64,000 nucleotides of DNA, from positions 1 to 64,000 of the forward strand of contig JAXJVH010000007.1 in NCBI GenBank assembly GCA_036308645.1, in the 5' to 3' direction. Position 1 is the first letter of the stretch. Each line of letters opens with the position of its first letter. This stretch comes from Acutalibacteraceae bacterium. Its GTDB lineage: Bacteria; Bacillota; Clostridia; Oscillospirales; Acutalibacteraceae. Below, in pieces: positions 28,697-37,954 of the stretch. Under the pieces are notes generated by a model. It had not been told where the DNA came from. It saw nothing but the letters and a program-made list of their open reading frames with translations, and searched no databases. Made by a program: the position numbers and the translations under genes.

Positions 28697-29880
28697 CGGA
28701 GTTTTTACTAAAAAGGTTTGTAAAAGATTATAAAAACACATCAAATCAAGAAGTTCGCGAGCGTTACGGTTCTTTTGCGGGAATCGTCGGTATTTTTGTA
28801 AATATTACGCTTTTTATTGCAAAATTCATCGCCGCATTGCTTTCGGGATTTTCTATTTCCGTTCTTGCCGACGCTTTAAACAACCTTTTTGACGCAGTTT
28901 CATCTGTAGTTACTTTTGCAGGCTTTAAAATTGCTAACAAAGCCGAGGACAAGGATCACCCTTTCGGTCATGGCAGAATGGAATACATTTCGGGACTGAT
29001 AGTTTCATTTATCATAATTTTAGTCGGTTTTGAACTTTTAAAAGAATCAATACCGAAGATTTTTAATCCCGAAGCCGCCGCTTACAGCCTTATTTCGATT
29101 ATTATTATGTTGGCGGCAATTCTAATTAAAATATGGCTCGGACTTTTTAACAAAAATTTAGGCAAACGCATAACTTCAGCCGCTTTAAACGCTACCGCAA
29201 TGGATTCATTTTGCGATGTTGCCGCAACTTCGGCAGTTTTAATAGGTCTTGTAGTAGGTCTTGCGTTTAACATTAATATTGAGGGCTACACAGGTTCTAT
29301 AGTAGCCGCATTTATTATCTACACAGGCATTATGGCGGCAAAAGATACTCTCTCTCCGCTTCTTGGCGAAGCGCCGGACGAGGATTTTGTAGAAAATATT
29401 GAAAAAACCGTTATGGCTCATGACGAGGTTATCGGTATTCACGATTTAATAGTGCACGATTACGGTCCGGGGAGAAAGATGATTTCTTTACACGCAGAGG
29501 TTTCATCAGACGGAGATATTTTAAAAATTCACGATGCAATCGACCTTATTGAAATGGAACTCGGCGCAAAATTTCACTGCGTTGCGACAATACACATGGA
29601 CCCGATTGATTTAAACTGTGAAACCACCAACACCTTGAAAAAACAAGTCGGCGAAATTCTTGAAAGCATTGACGGTTCGCTTTCGTTTCACGATTTCAGA
29701 ATAGTATCGGGACCTACCCATACAAACTTAATTTTCGATGTCGTTATGCCTTACAGTTTCCCTGTTTCCGCCGAAACGCTCAAAAGTGAAATCAAGGAAA
29801 AAGTGAGTAAAATAAACGAAAACTATTTCTGCGTTATAAATATTGATAAAAAATACGTAACCGAAAAAGAAACGGAGTAA
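28693..29880 (+). CDS. Cation diffusion facilitator (CDF) family metal efflux transporter
   Basis: Six transmembrane helices plus a C-terminal cytoplasmic domain. Start MTEFLL with an AAGGAAA RBS, overlapping the mnmG stop as ATGA. The track ORF starts at 28669. Confidence 0.8.
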   Translation: MTEFLLKRFVKDYKNTSNQEVRERYGSFAGIVGIFVNITLFIAKFIAALLSGFSISVLADALNNLFDAVSSVVTFAGFKIANKAEDKDHPFGHGRMEYISGLIVSFIIILVGFELLKESIPKIFNPEAAAYSLISIIIMLAAILIKIWLGLFNKNLGKRITSAALNATAMDSFCDVAATSAVLIGLVVGLAFNINIEGYTGSIVAAFIIYTGIMAAKDTLSPLLGEAPDEDFVENIEKTVMAHDEVIGIHDLIVHDYGPGRKMISLHAEVSSDGDILKIHDAIDLIEMELGAKFHCVATIHMDPIDLNCETTNTLKKQVGEILESIDGSLSFHDFRIVSGPTHTNLIFDVVMPYSFPVSAETLKSEIKEKVSKINENYFCVINIDKKYVTEKETE

Positions 29881-29882
29881 AA

Positions 29883-30668
29883 ATGAGAAAAGAGAGCAAA
29901 AAGATGAGCAAATCAAATTACAGCGATAGCGTAAAACGCCTTCGGGAATTTCTTAAAGAAAAGGAAAAAAGCAGACAAGACTGGGCGAAAGAAAGTTGGT
30001 CACATTCAGGCGGTAAACTTCATAAAATAGGCAGGGTTTTAGTTCCTGTTGTTTCATTTGCAGGTATGTTTTTAATGATAATGGTATGCTTGATAAGATT
30101 TATGAACATTCCGCAAATCGGCAGAGCGCTTGCAGGAAACGCAAGCGGTTTAAACGAAACCGCAAAGGAAGACCCTGCGATTTATCCGTTTTTTGTTCTC
30201 GTTTTTATTGCGTTGTGTCTGCTTGTTTATACCTCTATAAGATTTATTAAAGGTAAATTCAAAAACACGCCTTACCTATTGTTCGGCACTTCGCTGTTTT
30301 TATCGCTTTGCGCTTTATTGCGTTACGGCGCAGATCAGGGTACTTTTCCCGATAATTCGGGTTTTGACGGCGCACCTACCTTTACTTATTTTGAATATTG
30401 CCTGTTTACGCTCGGTGTTTTTGCGGCAGTAGCGGTTTTTGCTTTAATTCTTATGATTATAGAACTGCGCGACAAACGTGAATTCAACCGAAATGTCGAG
30501 CATACGCTGCTTAAAATTATTCCAAAAGAAAAGTCAGGCGATTTACTGACAGAAGAAGAGTATTCAAAACTTATAGATGAATATATAGAATCCGAAAAGC
30601 AAAAATCAGAACTTGAGTTTTTAAGTAAAAAAGAAGCAAAAAAACATAAAAAGCGCAAGCACAATTAA
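29883..30668 (+). CDS. Hypothetical membrane protein with a Lys/Glu-rich C-terminus
   Basis: 261 aa with about 4 hydrophobic helices; I recognised no family. Confidence 0.4.
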   Translation: MRKESKKMSKSNYSDSVKRLREFLKEKEKSRQDWAKESWSHSGGKLHKIGRVLVPVVSFAGMFLMIMVCLIRFMNIPQIGRALAGNASGLNETAKEDPAIYPFFVLVFIALCLLVYTSIRFIKGKFKNTPYLLFGTSLFLSLCALLRYGADQGTFPDNSGFDGAPTFTYFEYCLFTLGVFAAVAVFALILMIIELRDKREFNRNVEHTLLKIIPKEKSGDLLTEEEYSKLIDEYIESEKQKSELEFLSKKEAKKHKKRKHN

Positions 30669-30682
30669 AAAAACAGATTGCA

Positions 30683-30718
30683 AAACCGCAGTATTAAAAA
30701 ACATACTGCGGTTTTTTG
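30683..30718 (+). terminator. Intrinsic terminator
   Basis: Stem AACCGCAGTAT / ATACTGCGGTT followed by TTTTTG. Confidence 0.7.
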
Positions 30719-30850
30719 TCTGATAATATTGCAACACAATCGACATAAAAGCAAATAAATACAATATTTTGACCATTTTTTACATTGAAAAAACAATAAT
30801 CTTTTTAGTATTATAAAATTAATATAAATATTTATTAATAGGAGGCTTTT

Positions 30851-33800
30851 ATGAAAAAACAACTATCAATAATTCTGGCAATTGTAATGTTATTTACGGT
30901 TATCGGTTCGATGCAAATTGCAAATGCCGAGTCAGAACCTATCGAAATTCTTACAGTAAAAGATCAAATCCGTACTGTCGGCAGAACCGAAGAAGTCGAT
31001 AACGGTATTGCCTGCGACTGGACTGCAAGCGGTATTGAATTTAATGCCGTTTGCGAAGAAAATTCAAGTATTGCATTAACCATAAATTCAAACGCTGAAT
31101 GTTATTTTACTGTTTTTATTGATGATGTTCGTCAAGATTACAGAGTTCGCACTTTGAGCGGAGATTATACCCCTGTATTCGCATCTGCCGAAAACGGACT
31201 TGAATCCGGCAAACATAAAATAAAAATTATAAAACAAACAGAACGCTCGAATGTAAAAACCACCATTAAAGCAATTTCGCTCAATAATGTTGTTTTAAGC
31301 GACAAACCCGAAGAGCCTGAATATATTTTTGAAATGGTCGGCGACTCTATTACAAGCGGTTTCGGCTCGCTTGATACAAACAATCAAGAGGCAAAATACT
31401 CTGACGGTACCAGAACTTACGCTTATCTCACTGCTCAAAACTTCGGGGCGGAAGCAAGAGTGGTTTCTCAATCAGGCGGCTTTATAACTTCTCTTTATAA
31501 CCAGTATATCAAAAATTCCCGTGACGACAATGCTTTTGATTATTCAGCGTACAAAAAGCCAAATGTTGTTACACTTGCTTTCGGAACAAACGACGGCTCA
31601 AGAACCGTAGAATATTGGCAGACCGGTATTCAGAATTTCGCCGACGCAATTCGCACGGGATATAACGATAATTCAATTCCGATTGTGTTTATCCACAATC
31701 TCATATCTAACGATGACAAATTAAGAGCAAATGTTGCGACGGCTATTAAAAACCTTAAAGCAGAAGATGAAACAAAATACAGCAATATATATGTAACTTC
31801 AGGTAATAATCCTCAAGGTGGTCATCCGGGTCAACAAAGCCATTATAAAACCTCTAAAAAACTTACAAGAGATTTGGTGGAATTCGGTTTAATGCCTGCA
31901 AGCGCTTTAAAAGACGACGCTACTATTATTCTTAATGAATCAAGCCAAAAAGAAATAACGGTTAATAATTTTGACAGTAATATTACTGCTGTTGACGGCA
32001 TTACAAGCGAACTCGTTTCACCGCTTGACCCTGCAGATAACGGCGTAGACGGCAAATATGCCGTTAAATTTACCGCAGACGGCACTCAAACGGAAGTTGC
32101 CGATAAAAACACATTACATGCAACATTCGGTACTGTAGCCAATACAAATTATAAAACAAAGGGTATCTCGTTCTATCTTAAATATCATGATACGGATTAT
32201 GATTCAAGCGATGAAACCTCGGTTTATGATATTCCGAGACTGTATTTTGTGAACGGAAACGGAGATAGCACCGCTTACGACCTTTACAGCGTAAAACTCA
32301 GCGATGTTAAAGATAACGAATTAACCAAAGTTGAAATATACTGGAATGAAATGCCGTATTCAAATTATATTTTCTTGAGATCATTTATAAATTGTAATTC
32401 GGTTAAACTGTGCCTTGATATGCACGGAGAATGTGAATATACCATTGATAATATGCAGGCTATTCTATGCGATTATACTTATTCGGATAACAGCAATCAG
32501 GCTTATACATATACCAAAGGATACAGTTCATACGAAGTTATCGGTATTTTGGACGGTTATGAAGCGGCAACTACCGTAACATCTGCAACTTCTGCAACCA
32601 CAACAACTTCTACCGCAACAACCACAAAGGGAACCGAAACAAGTTCATCCGCTTCCTCTGCTACAGATTCCGAATATACAAAAGTATTGGATTTTGATAC
32701 TACGCTTACAGAACCTGTATTCGGTTGGCAGAACGGAACCGACAAGAGTTCGGTTATTGACTACACAACAGTAGATGAAACCTACGCCGACGGCAACGTT
32801 GCCATGCTTGCAAGTTCAAACAACTACAACAATGTAGGCTTTTTGTTGGGCGATGTATTCTCGGGCAAAAAGGTAAAATCAATTTCTTTTGAGATTTGGT
32901 CAACAACTGCATTTAATCTTGACAACAGATCGGGTTTGAGAAACGGTACAAATTATGCCGACCCTGAAATTGATATGAGAAATCTTGGGTACAATGACAG
33001 CAAGAAATTTTTAATTACTAAAGAAAAACAAAATCTTATTTTTGATTTTTCAAATATTTCTGTAGATGTAACCGCTTGGACAAATCCTCATGTTTCTTTC
33101 AATCTCAGCAAAACTACCACTCTGTATATTGATAATATTACTGTTACTTATGAAAGATATTATGCAGATTTAGACGTTGAGGGTAATGTAGAAAGAGTAT
33201 ACGCTGACGAAAACGGTTATATTACTTTACCTGACGTCGCTATTTCAACAGGTGATTTTGCAGGTTGGGCAACTGATGATGATGCAGATAATATAATCCC
33301 TGCAAACACTTCATTAAACATTAGCAAAGATACTGTTTTCTATGCGGTTTCAAGCAACAGACTCGACCAAGAAGCACCGGCTGCCCCTGTTGTTGAATCA
33401 GTAGGAGCAACAACAGTAACTCTTGTTGCAAATGATTCTTATCAGTACAGTATGGACGGCACAGTTTGGCAGAACAGCAATATATTTACCGGACTTGATT
33501 CTGCAACGGAGTATACGTTCTATCAAAGATATAAAGCTACTGCAACACATAAATCAAGTCCTGCTTCCGAAGGATTAAAAGTTACAACCGCTACCGTATA
33601 TAACTTTGAAGCAGAAAAAACAGTAGGTGCATATTCGGGTACATTAAATAGTAACAGTTCTAACTCTGATACATCAACAGGTTCTTTGATTTATGCAGTT
33701 CACGACGCTTCAAATCCTGCCGTAGGACACTATGTTGAATATAAATTTACAGGAATAACTACCGGCTACTACCAAGTTTCGCTCTTCTCGAGAAACGTAT

Positions 33801-34564
33801 CGGGTTCACGAAGCACTTATGAGGTAACTGCTTTTGATGAAACAAATTCACAACAATCTGCCGGTTCAATTAATTTTGCCGATTTAAGCACTAAAGTAGG
33901 CAACAACACTTATTATTGTAATCCTACTTTAACAGAAAATGTTTTGGTTTCATCCGGTTCTACTTTAAAACTTAGATTTACCATTACTGCTGCCGGAACA
34001 AGTTCAGGCTCATATATTGACAAGTTCGTTCTGACAAAAGTTGCTGATTATATACCTGAAGAAACAGGCGATACAACAGACGCTCTTTCAACATCGGCAA
34101 CTGCTTCAATCAGACTTGGTACTGTTTGCGGTATCAGATTCTACACAACCTTTGATACATCGAAAATTGAAGGCACAATAGTAGAAAAAGGCACTCTTAT
34201 AGGACCTAAAGATAAAATCGGCAACTATCTTACAATTGAAGATACAGTAACCGAAGACGGGGCTTCGCCAAAAGCAGTCACAGTTAAGTATAAACCTGAT
34301 ACACTTTGGAAAAACAATGAATTTGTCGGTTCTCTTGTTGGTATTAAAGAAACTAACTACAACAGAGAATTTGTAGCCCGCGGTTATGTTAAATTAGAAG
34401 ACGGCACATATCTTTATTCGGCAACATCTACTGCAAAAACCGTTGCAGATATAGCAGCCGCATTTATTGAAAACGCAACAAAAGATGACGCAACAGAAAA
34501 AGATAAAGCCTTATATAACACTTATAAAGAACTGGTTGACAAATGGGCAGCCACTAAATCCTAA
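30851..34564 (+). CDS. Secreted multidomain carbohydrate esterase: signal peptide, SGNH/GDSL hydrolase, beta-sandwich (CBM/Ig-like) modules, Thr/Ser-rich linker and an Fn3-like domain
   Basis: 1237 aa. Signal peptide MKKQLSIILAIVMLFTVIGSMQIANA, GDS motif MVGDSITSGFGS, FGTNDG block, linker TSATSATTTTSTATTTKGTETSSSASSATDS. No dockerin or LPXTG seen. Confidence 0.7.
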   Translation: MKKQLSIILAIVMLFTVIGSMQIANAESEPIEILTVKDQIRTVGRTEEVDNGIACDWTASGIEFNAVCEENSSIALTINSNAECYFTVFIDDVRQDYRVRTLSGDYTPVFASAENGLESGKHKIKIIKQTERSNVKTTIKAISLNNVVLSDKPEEPEYIFEMVGDSITSGFGSLDTNNQEAKYSDGTRTYAYLTAQNFGAEARVVSQSGGFITSLYNQYIKNSRDDNAFDYSAYKKPNVVTLAFGTNDGSRTVEYWQTGIQNFADAIRTGYNDNSIPIVFIHNLISNDDKLRANVATAIKNLKAEDETKYSNIYVTSGNNPQGGHPGQQSHYKTSKKLTRDLVEFGLMPASALKDDATIILNESSQKEITVNNFDSNITAVDGITSELVSPLDPADNGVDGKYAVKFTADGTQTEVADKNTLHATFGTVANTNYKTKGISFYLKYHDTDYDSSDETSVYDIPRLYFVNGNGDSTAYDLYSVKLSDVKDNELTKVEIYWNEMPYSNYIFLRSFINCNSVKLCLDMHGECEYTIDNMQAILCDYTYSDNSNQAYTYTKGYSSYEVIGILDGYEAATTVTSATSATTTTSTATTTKGTETSSSASSATDSEYTKVLDFDTTLTEPVFGWQNGTDKSSVIDYTTVDETYADGNVAMLASSNNYNNVGFLLGDVFSGKKVKSISFEIWSTTAFNLDNRSGLRNGTNYADPEIDMRNLGYNDSKKFLITKEKQNLIFDFSNISVDVTAWTNPHVSFNLSKTTTLYIDNITVTYERYYADLDVEGNVERVYADENGYITLPDVAISTGDFAGWATDDDADNIIPANTSLNISKDTVFYAVSSNRLDQEAPAAPVVESVGATTVTLVANDSYQYSMDGTVWQNSNIFTGLDSATEYTFYQRYKATATHKSSPASEGLKVTTATVYNFEAEKTVGAYSGTLNSNSSNSDTSTGSLIYAVHDASNPAVGHYVEYKFTGITTGYYQVSLFSRNVSGSRSTYEVTAFDETNSQQSAGSINFADLSTKVGNNTYYCNPTLTENVLVSSGSTLKLRFTITAAGTSSGSYIDKFVLTKVADYIPEETGDTTDALSTSATASIRLGTVCGIRFYTTFDTSKIEGTIVEKGTLIGPKDKIGNYLTIEDTVTEDGASPKAVTVKYKPDTLWKNNEFVGSLVGIKETNYNREFVARGYVKLEDGTYLYSATSTAKTVADIAAAFIENATKDDATEKDKALYNTYKELVDKWAATKS

Positions 34565-34601
34565 AATTTACGGATAAACTTCTTTCAAAAAATTCCTCAG
34601 A

Positions 34602-34636
34602 AAAACCGAAGTGATTTGTTTCACTTCGGTTTTTCA
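34602..34636 (+). terminator. Intrinsic terminator
   Basis: Stem AAACCGAAGTGA / TCACTTCGGTTT followed by TTC. Confidence 0.7.
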
Positions 34637-34698
34637 TTTATATAAAATGAAAATTTTATAATAAATCATTAATTTTTTGAATTTTTTCGCCAATACTG

Positions 34699-34742
34699 TT
34701 GACTTTTGCAATGTGTTGTGTTATTATGCTAAAGTGCTAAAG
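34699..34742 (+). promoter_or_regulatory. his operon promoter (TTGACT-17-TATTAT) followed immediately by the tandem direct repeat TGCTAAAG-TGCTAAAG
   Basis: -35 at 34699-34704, -10 at 34722-34727, direct repeats at 34727-34742. Confidence 0.5.
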
Positions 34743-34781
34743 TAAAATGATTTAAAAAATTTATAAAAAGGACGGTTTATA

Positions 34782-35066
34782 ATGAAAATTTTAGATAACG
34801 AAGGCGCCCATTTACTTATAGAAGCCATTAAAAATCTAAACGATGAAGAAGATATTAAGTGCTTTTTAACAGATCTGATGACTACAAAAGAACTGCTTGA
34901 TATGTCGCAGCGTATGCAGGTTGCTTCCCTGTTAAAACAAGGAATGGTTTACTCAAAAATTGCCGAAATCACAGGCGCTTCCACCGCTACAATCAGTAGA
35001 GTCAGCCGCTGTTATTCATACGGTGAGGACGGCTACAAAAAAGCATTCTTAAAAATCAAGCAATAA
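34782..35066 (+). CDS. TrpR/YerC-family small DNA-binding protein (HisR-like putative histidine-operon repressor)
   Basis: 94 aa with the YerC/YecD-type sequence (MSQRMQVASLL..GMVYSKIAEITGASTATISRV). Lies 22 bp upstream of the hisZG start. Confidence 0.6.
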   Translation: MKILDNEGAHLLIEAIKNLNDEEDIKCFLTDLMTTKELLDMSQRMQVASLLKQGMVYSKIAEITGASTATISRVSRCYSYGEDGYKKAFLKIKQ

Positions 35067-35088
35067 TACCAAAAGGAGAACTTATCAA

Positions 35089-36666
35089 ATGTCTTTTGAT
35101 GAAAAGATTTTAAACAACTGCGAAAAGGCGATTTTTTTACTTCGCAAGTTATTCAAAGATTACGGATATGAGCAGTACAAGGTCAGCAAATTTGAAGAAT
35201 ACGACCTTTATATGAAAAATAAAAGTTTTTTGGTTTCGGAAAATGTGCTGACTTTTACCGATACAAACGGTAAATTAATGGCATTAAAACCCGACGTAAC
35301 GCTTTCAATTATCAAAAACACCAAAGATGACGAATCGCTTAAAAAGGTGTATTATAACGAGGTTGTTTACCGACCGAACGACGAAAACGGTTTTCGTGAA
35401 ATCAACCAGACAGGTCTTGAATGTATCGGCGATATTGATACTTCCAACGTATGCGAAGTTATTACGCTTGCTATTAAAAGTTTGCAGCAGATAAGCGATA
35501 CATACCTGCTTAATATTTCGCATAACGGCTTTATTGCGGGACTTCTTTCGGAGGCAAACGCCGACGAGCAGACGAACGAGGCAATCTTAAAAGCGGTTTC
35601 ACAAAAAAACACAGCCGCAGTAACGGCAATCTGCAAAGATAAAAACATCAGCGAAAAGGTTGCAAATGCGCTTTGTGAACTCTGCCTTATTTATGAGCCA
35701 GTTTGCGAATGTCAGGAAAAATTAGAAAGCCTTATTATAAACGAGCAGATGCAGGCGGCTTTTTATGAAATATCAAAGATAAACTCTACATTGCAAAAGT
35801 CGGGTATGGCAGAGAGAGTAATGATGGATTTCTCTATTGAGAATGATATGAATTACTATAACGGCATTATTTTCAACGGTTTTGTTGGCGAATTGCCGCA
35901 AAGTGTTTTAGCCGGCGGAAGATATGATAATCTTGTTCATAAAATGGGCAAAAACAAAGGTGCAATCGGTTTTGCGGTTTATCTTGATTTGTTAGAGCGA
36001 ATTGATGAAAAAGCAAACGAAGAGGACGACGGCGAATTTATAAACGTTGCACTTCCGAAAGGCAGACTCGGTGAAAAAGCATACGATATTTTTGAAAAAT
36101 CAGGATATGAATGTCCTGCTATTTACGATAAGGGCAGAAAACTGATTTTTGAAAACTCGGATAAAAAAGTCCGCTACTTCTGGGTAAAGCCTTCCGATGT
36201 TGCAATTTATGTTGAAAAAGGTGCGGCAGATGTAGGCATTGTAGGCAAGGACATTTTACTTGAACAAAATTCCGATGTTTACGAAATGCTTGATTTAAAA
36301 CTCGGCAAATGCAGAATGGCGGTTGCCGCTAAAAAGGATTTTTGCGACAACCACGATAAAACGCTTGTTGTTGCAACCAAATTCCCGAATATTGCAAAGC
36401 AGTATTACAACTCAATAAGCCGACAAATTGATATAATCAAACTTAACGGCTCAATTGAGATTGCTCCCCTGCTCGGACTTTCAGATGTAATTGTCGATAT
36501 TGTTGAAACAGGTAAAACTCTGCTTGAAAACGACCTTGAACCGAAAGAAACAATTGTAAATATCAGCGCAAGGTTAATCTGCAACAAATCAAGCTACAAA
36601 TTTAAAAACCAAAGAATTAACGATCTTCGTAATAACATGGCACAAATTCTTGATAATGAGGAATAA
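35089..36666 (+). CDS. hisZG: Fused HisZ (regulatory subunit) and HisG (short-form ATP phosphoribosyltransferase)
   Basis: 525 aa. The N-terminal ~305 aa are a HisRS-like HisZ domain. The C-terminal ~210 aa are short HisG (ALPKGRL, GAADVGIVGKD, IKLNGSIEIAPLLGLSDVIVDIVETGKTL). There is no stop or Met at the junction (KANEEDDGEF-INVALPKGRL). Confidence 0.75.
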   Translation: MSFDEKILNNCEKAIFLLRKLFKDYGYEQYKVSKFEEYDLYMKNKSFLVSENVLTFTDTNGKLMALKPDVTLSIIKNTKDDESLKKVYYNEVVYRPNDENGFREINQTGLECIGDIDTSNVCEVITLAIKSLQQISDTYLLNISHNGFIAGLLSEANADEQTNEAILKAVSQKNTAAVTAICKDKNISEKVANALCELCLIYEPVCECQEKLESLIINEQMQAAFYEISKINSTLQKSGMAERVMMDFSIENDMNYYNGIIFNGFVGELPQSVLAGGRYDNLVHKMGKNKGAIGFAVYLDLLERIDEKANEEDDGEFINVALPKGRLGEKAYDIFEKSGYECPAIYDKGRKLIFENSDKKVRYFWVKPSDVAIYVEKGAADVGIVGKDILLEQNSDVYEMLDLKLGKCRMAVAAKKDFCDNHDKTLVVATKFPNIAKQYYNSISRQIDIIKLNGSIEIAPLLGLSDVIVDIVETGKTLLENDLEPKETIVNISARLICNKSSYKFKNQRINDLRNNMAQILDNEE

Positions 36667-36669
36667 AAA

Positions 36670-37950
36670 ATGATAAAGATTTTTAATTTTAACGAGGTTG
36701 ATAAAAACAGCCTTTTTATAAGAAGCGACAATAAAACAGGCGTTGCCGATACGGTTGAAGAAATTATTGAAAAAGTAAAAGCCGAGGGCGACGAGGCGCT
36801 TAAATTTTACTCTGAAAAATTCGACGGCGTAAAACTTGACAGTCTTGAAGTCAGTAAGCAAGAGTTTGACGAGGCTTTTTCGCTTGTTGATAATGAATTT
36901 ATTGAAGTAATAAAAAAAGCAAGCGAGAATATCTATGACTTTCACAAAAGACAGGTGCGTCAAAGTTTCATTTCTAACGAAAAAGACGGCGTTATCTGCG
37001 GTCAGAGAATTATTCCGATAGAAAAGGTAGGTCTTTATGTGCCCGGCGGTACGGCGGCTTATCCTTCGTCGGTGCTTATGAACTGTATTCCTGCTAAAAT
37101 TGCGGGTTGCAAAGAGATTTATATGGTGACTCCTCCTAAAAAAGACGGCAAGGTAAACCCCAATATTTTAGTTGCGGCTTCGCTTGCAGGCGTTGATAAG
37201 GTTTATAAAATCGGCGGAGCGCAGGCAGTTGCCGCGCTGGCTTACGGCACCGAAACCGTTCCTGCCGTTCATAAAATAGTAGGTCCGGGAAACGCATTTG
37301 TCGCAGAGGCTAAAAAGCAGGTTTTCGGCAGAGTTGCGATTGATATGATTGCAGGGCCGAGCGAAATTCTGGTTATTGCCGATAAAAGCAACAATCCGTC
37401 TTTTATTGCGGCTGACCTTTTATCACAGGCCGAACATGATAAAATGGCGACATCGGTTTTAATTACCGATGATAACGAGTTTGCAAAAAAAGTTTCAGAC
37501 GAACTTGAAAAACAAATTCCGCAATTACTTCGTGCCGAAATTGCAAGAGAATCTATTGATAACAACGGCAAAATTATTGTTGCAAAAGATTTAAAAGAGG
37601 CGGTTAAAATTTCAAACGAATTAGCCCCCGAACATCTTGAAATCTGCACCGATAACCCGTTTGACTATTTGAACTTGGTTACAAACGCAGGCTCGGTATT
37701 TTTAGGCAAAAACTGTCCCGAAGCGCTAGGCGACTACTTTGCAGGGCCTAACCACACATTGCCGACAAGCGGAACGGCTAAATTTTCAAGTCCTTTATCG
37801 GTTGATGATTTTGTTAAAAAATCTCAGTATACATATTTCACCGCAGACGCATTAAAGTCTGTTAAAGACGATGTAGCGCTCTTTGCTACCAAAGAAGGAC
37901 TTACTGCACACGCCAAAAGCGCAACAATTCGATTTGAGGACGGCGAATAA
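36670..37950 (+). CDS. hisD: Histidinol dehydrogenase
   Basis: 426 aa canonical HisD. Confidence 0.9.
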   Translation: MIKIFNFNEVDKNSLFIRSDNKTGVADTVEEIIEKVKAEGDEALKFYSEKFDGVKLDSLEVSKQEFDEAFSLVDNEFIEVIKKASENIYDFHKRQVRQSFISNEKDGVICGQRIIPIEKVGLYVPGGTAAYPSSVLMNCIPAKIAGCKEIYMVTPPKKDGKVNPNILVAASLAGVDKVYKIGGAQAVAALAYGTETVPAVHKIVGPGNAFVAEAKKQVFGRVAIDMIAGPSEILVIADKSNNPSFIAADLLSQAEHDKMATSVLITDDNEFAKKVSDELEKQIPQLLRAEIARESIDNNGKIIVAKDLKEAVKISNELAPEHLEICTDNPFDYLNLVTNAGSVFLGKNCPEALGDYFAGPNHTLPTSGTAKFSSPLSVDDFVKKSQYTYFTADALKSVKDDVALFATKEGLTAHAKSATIRFEDGE

Positions 37951-37954
37951 ATAA

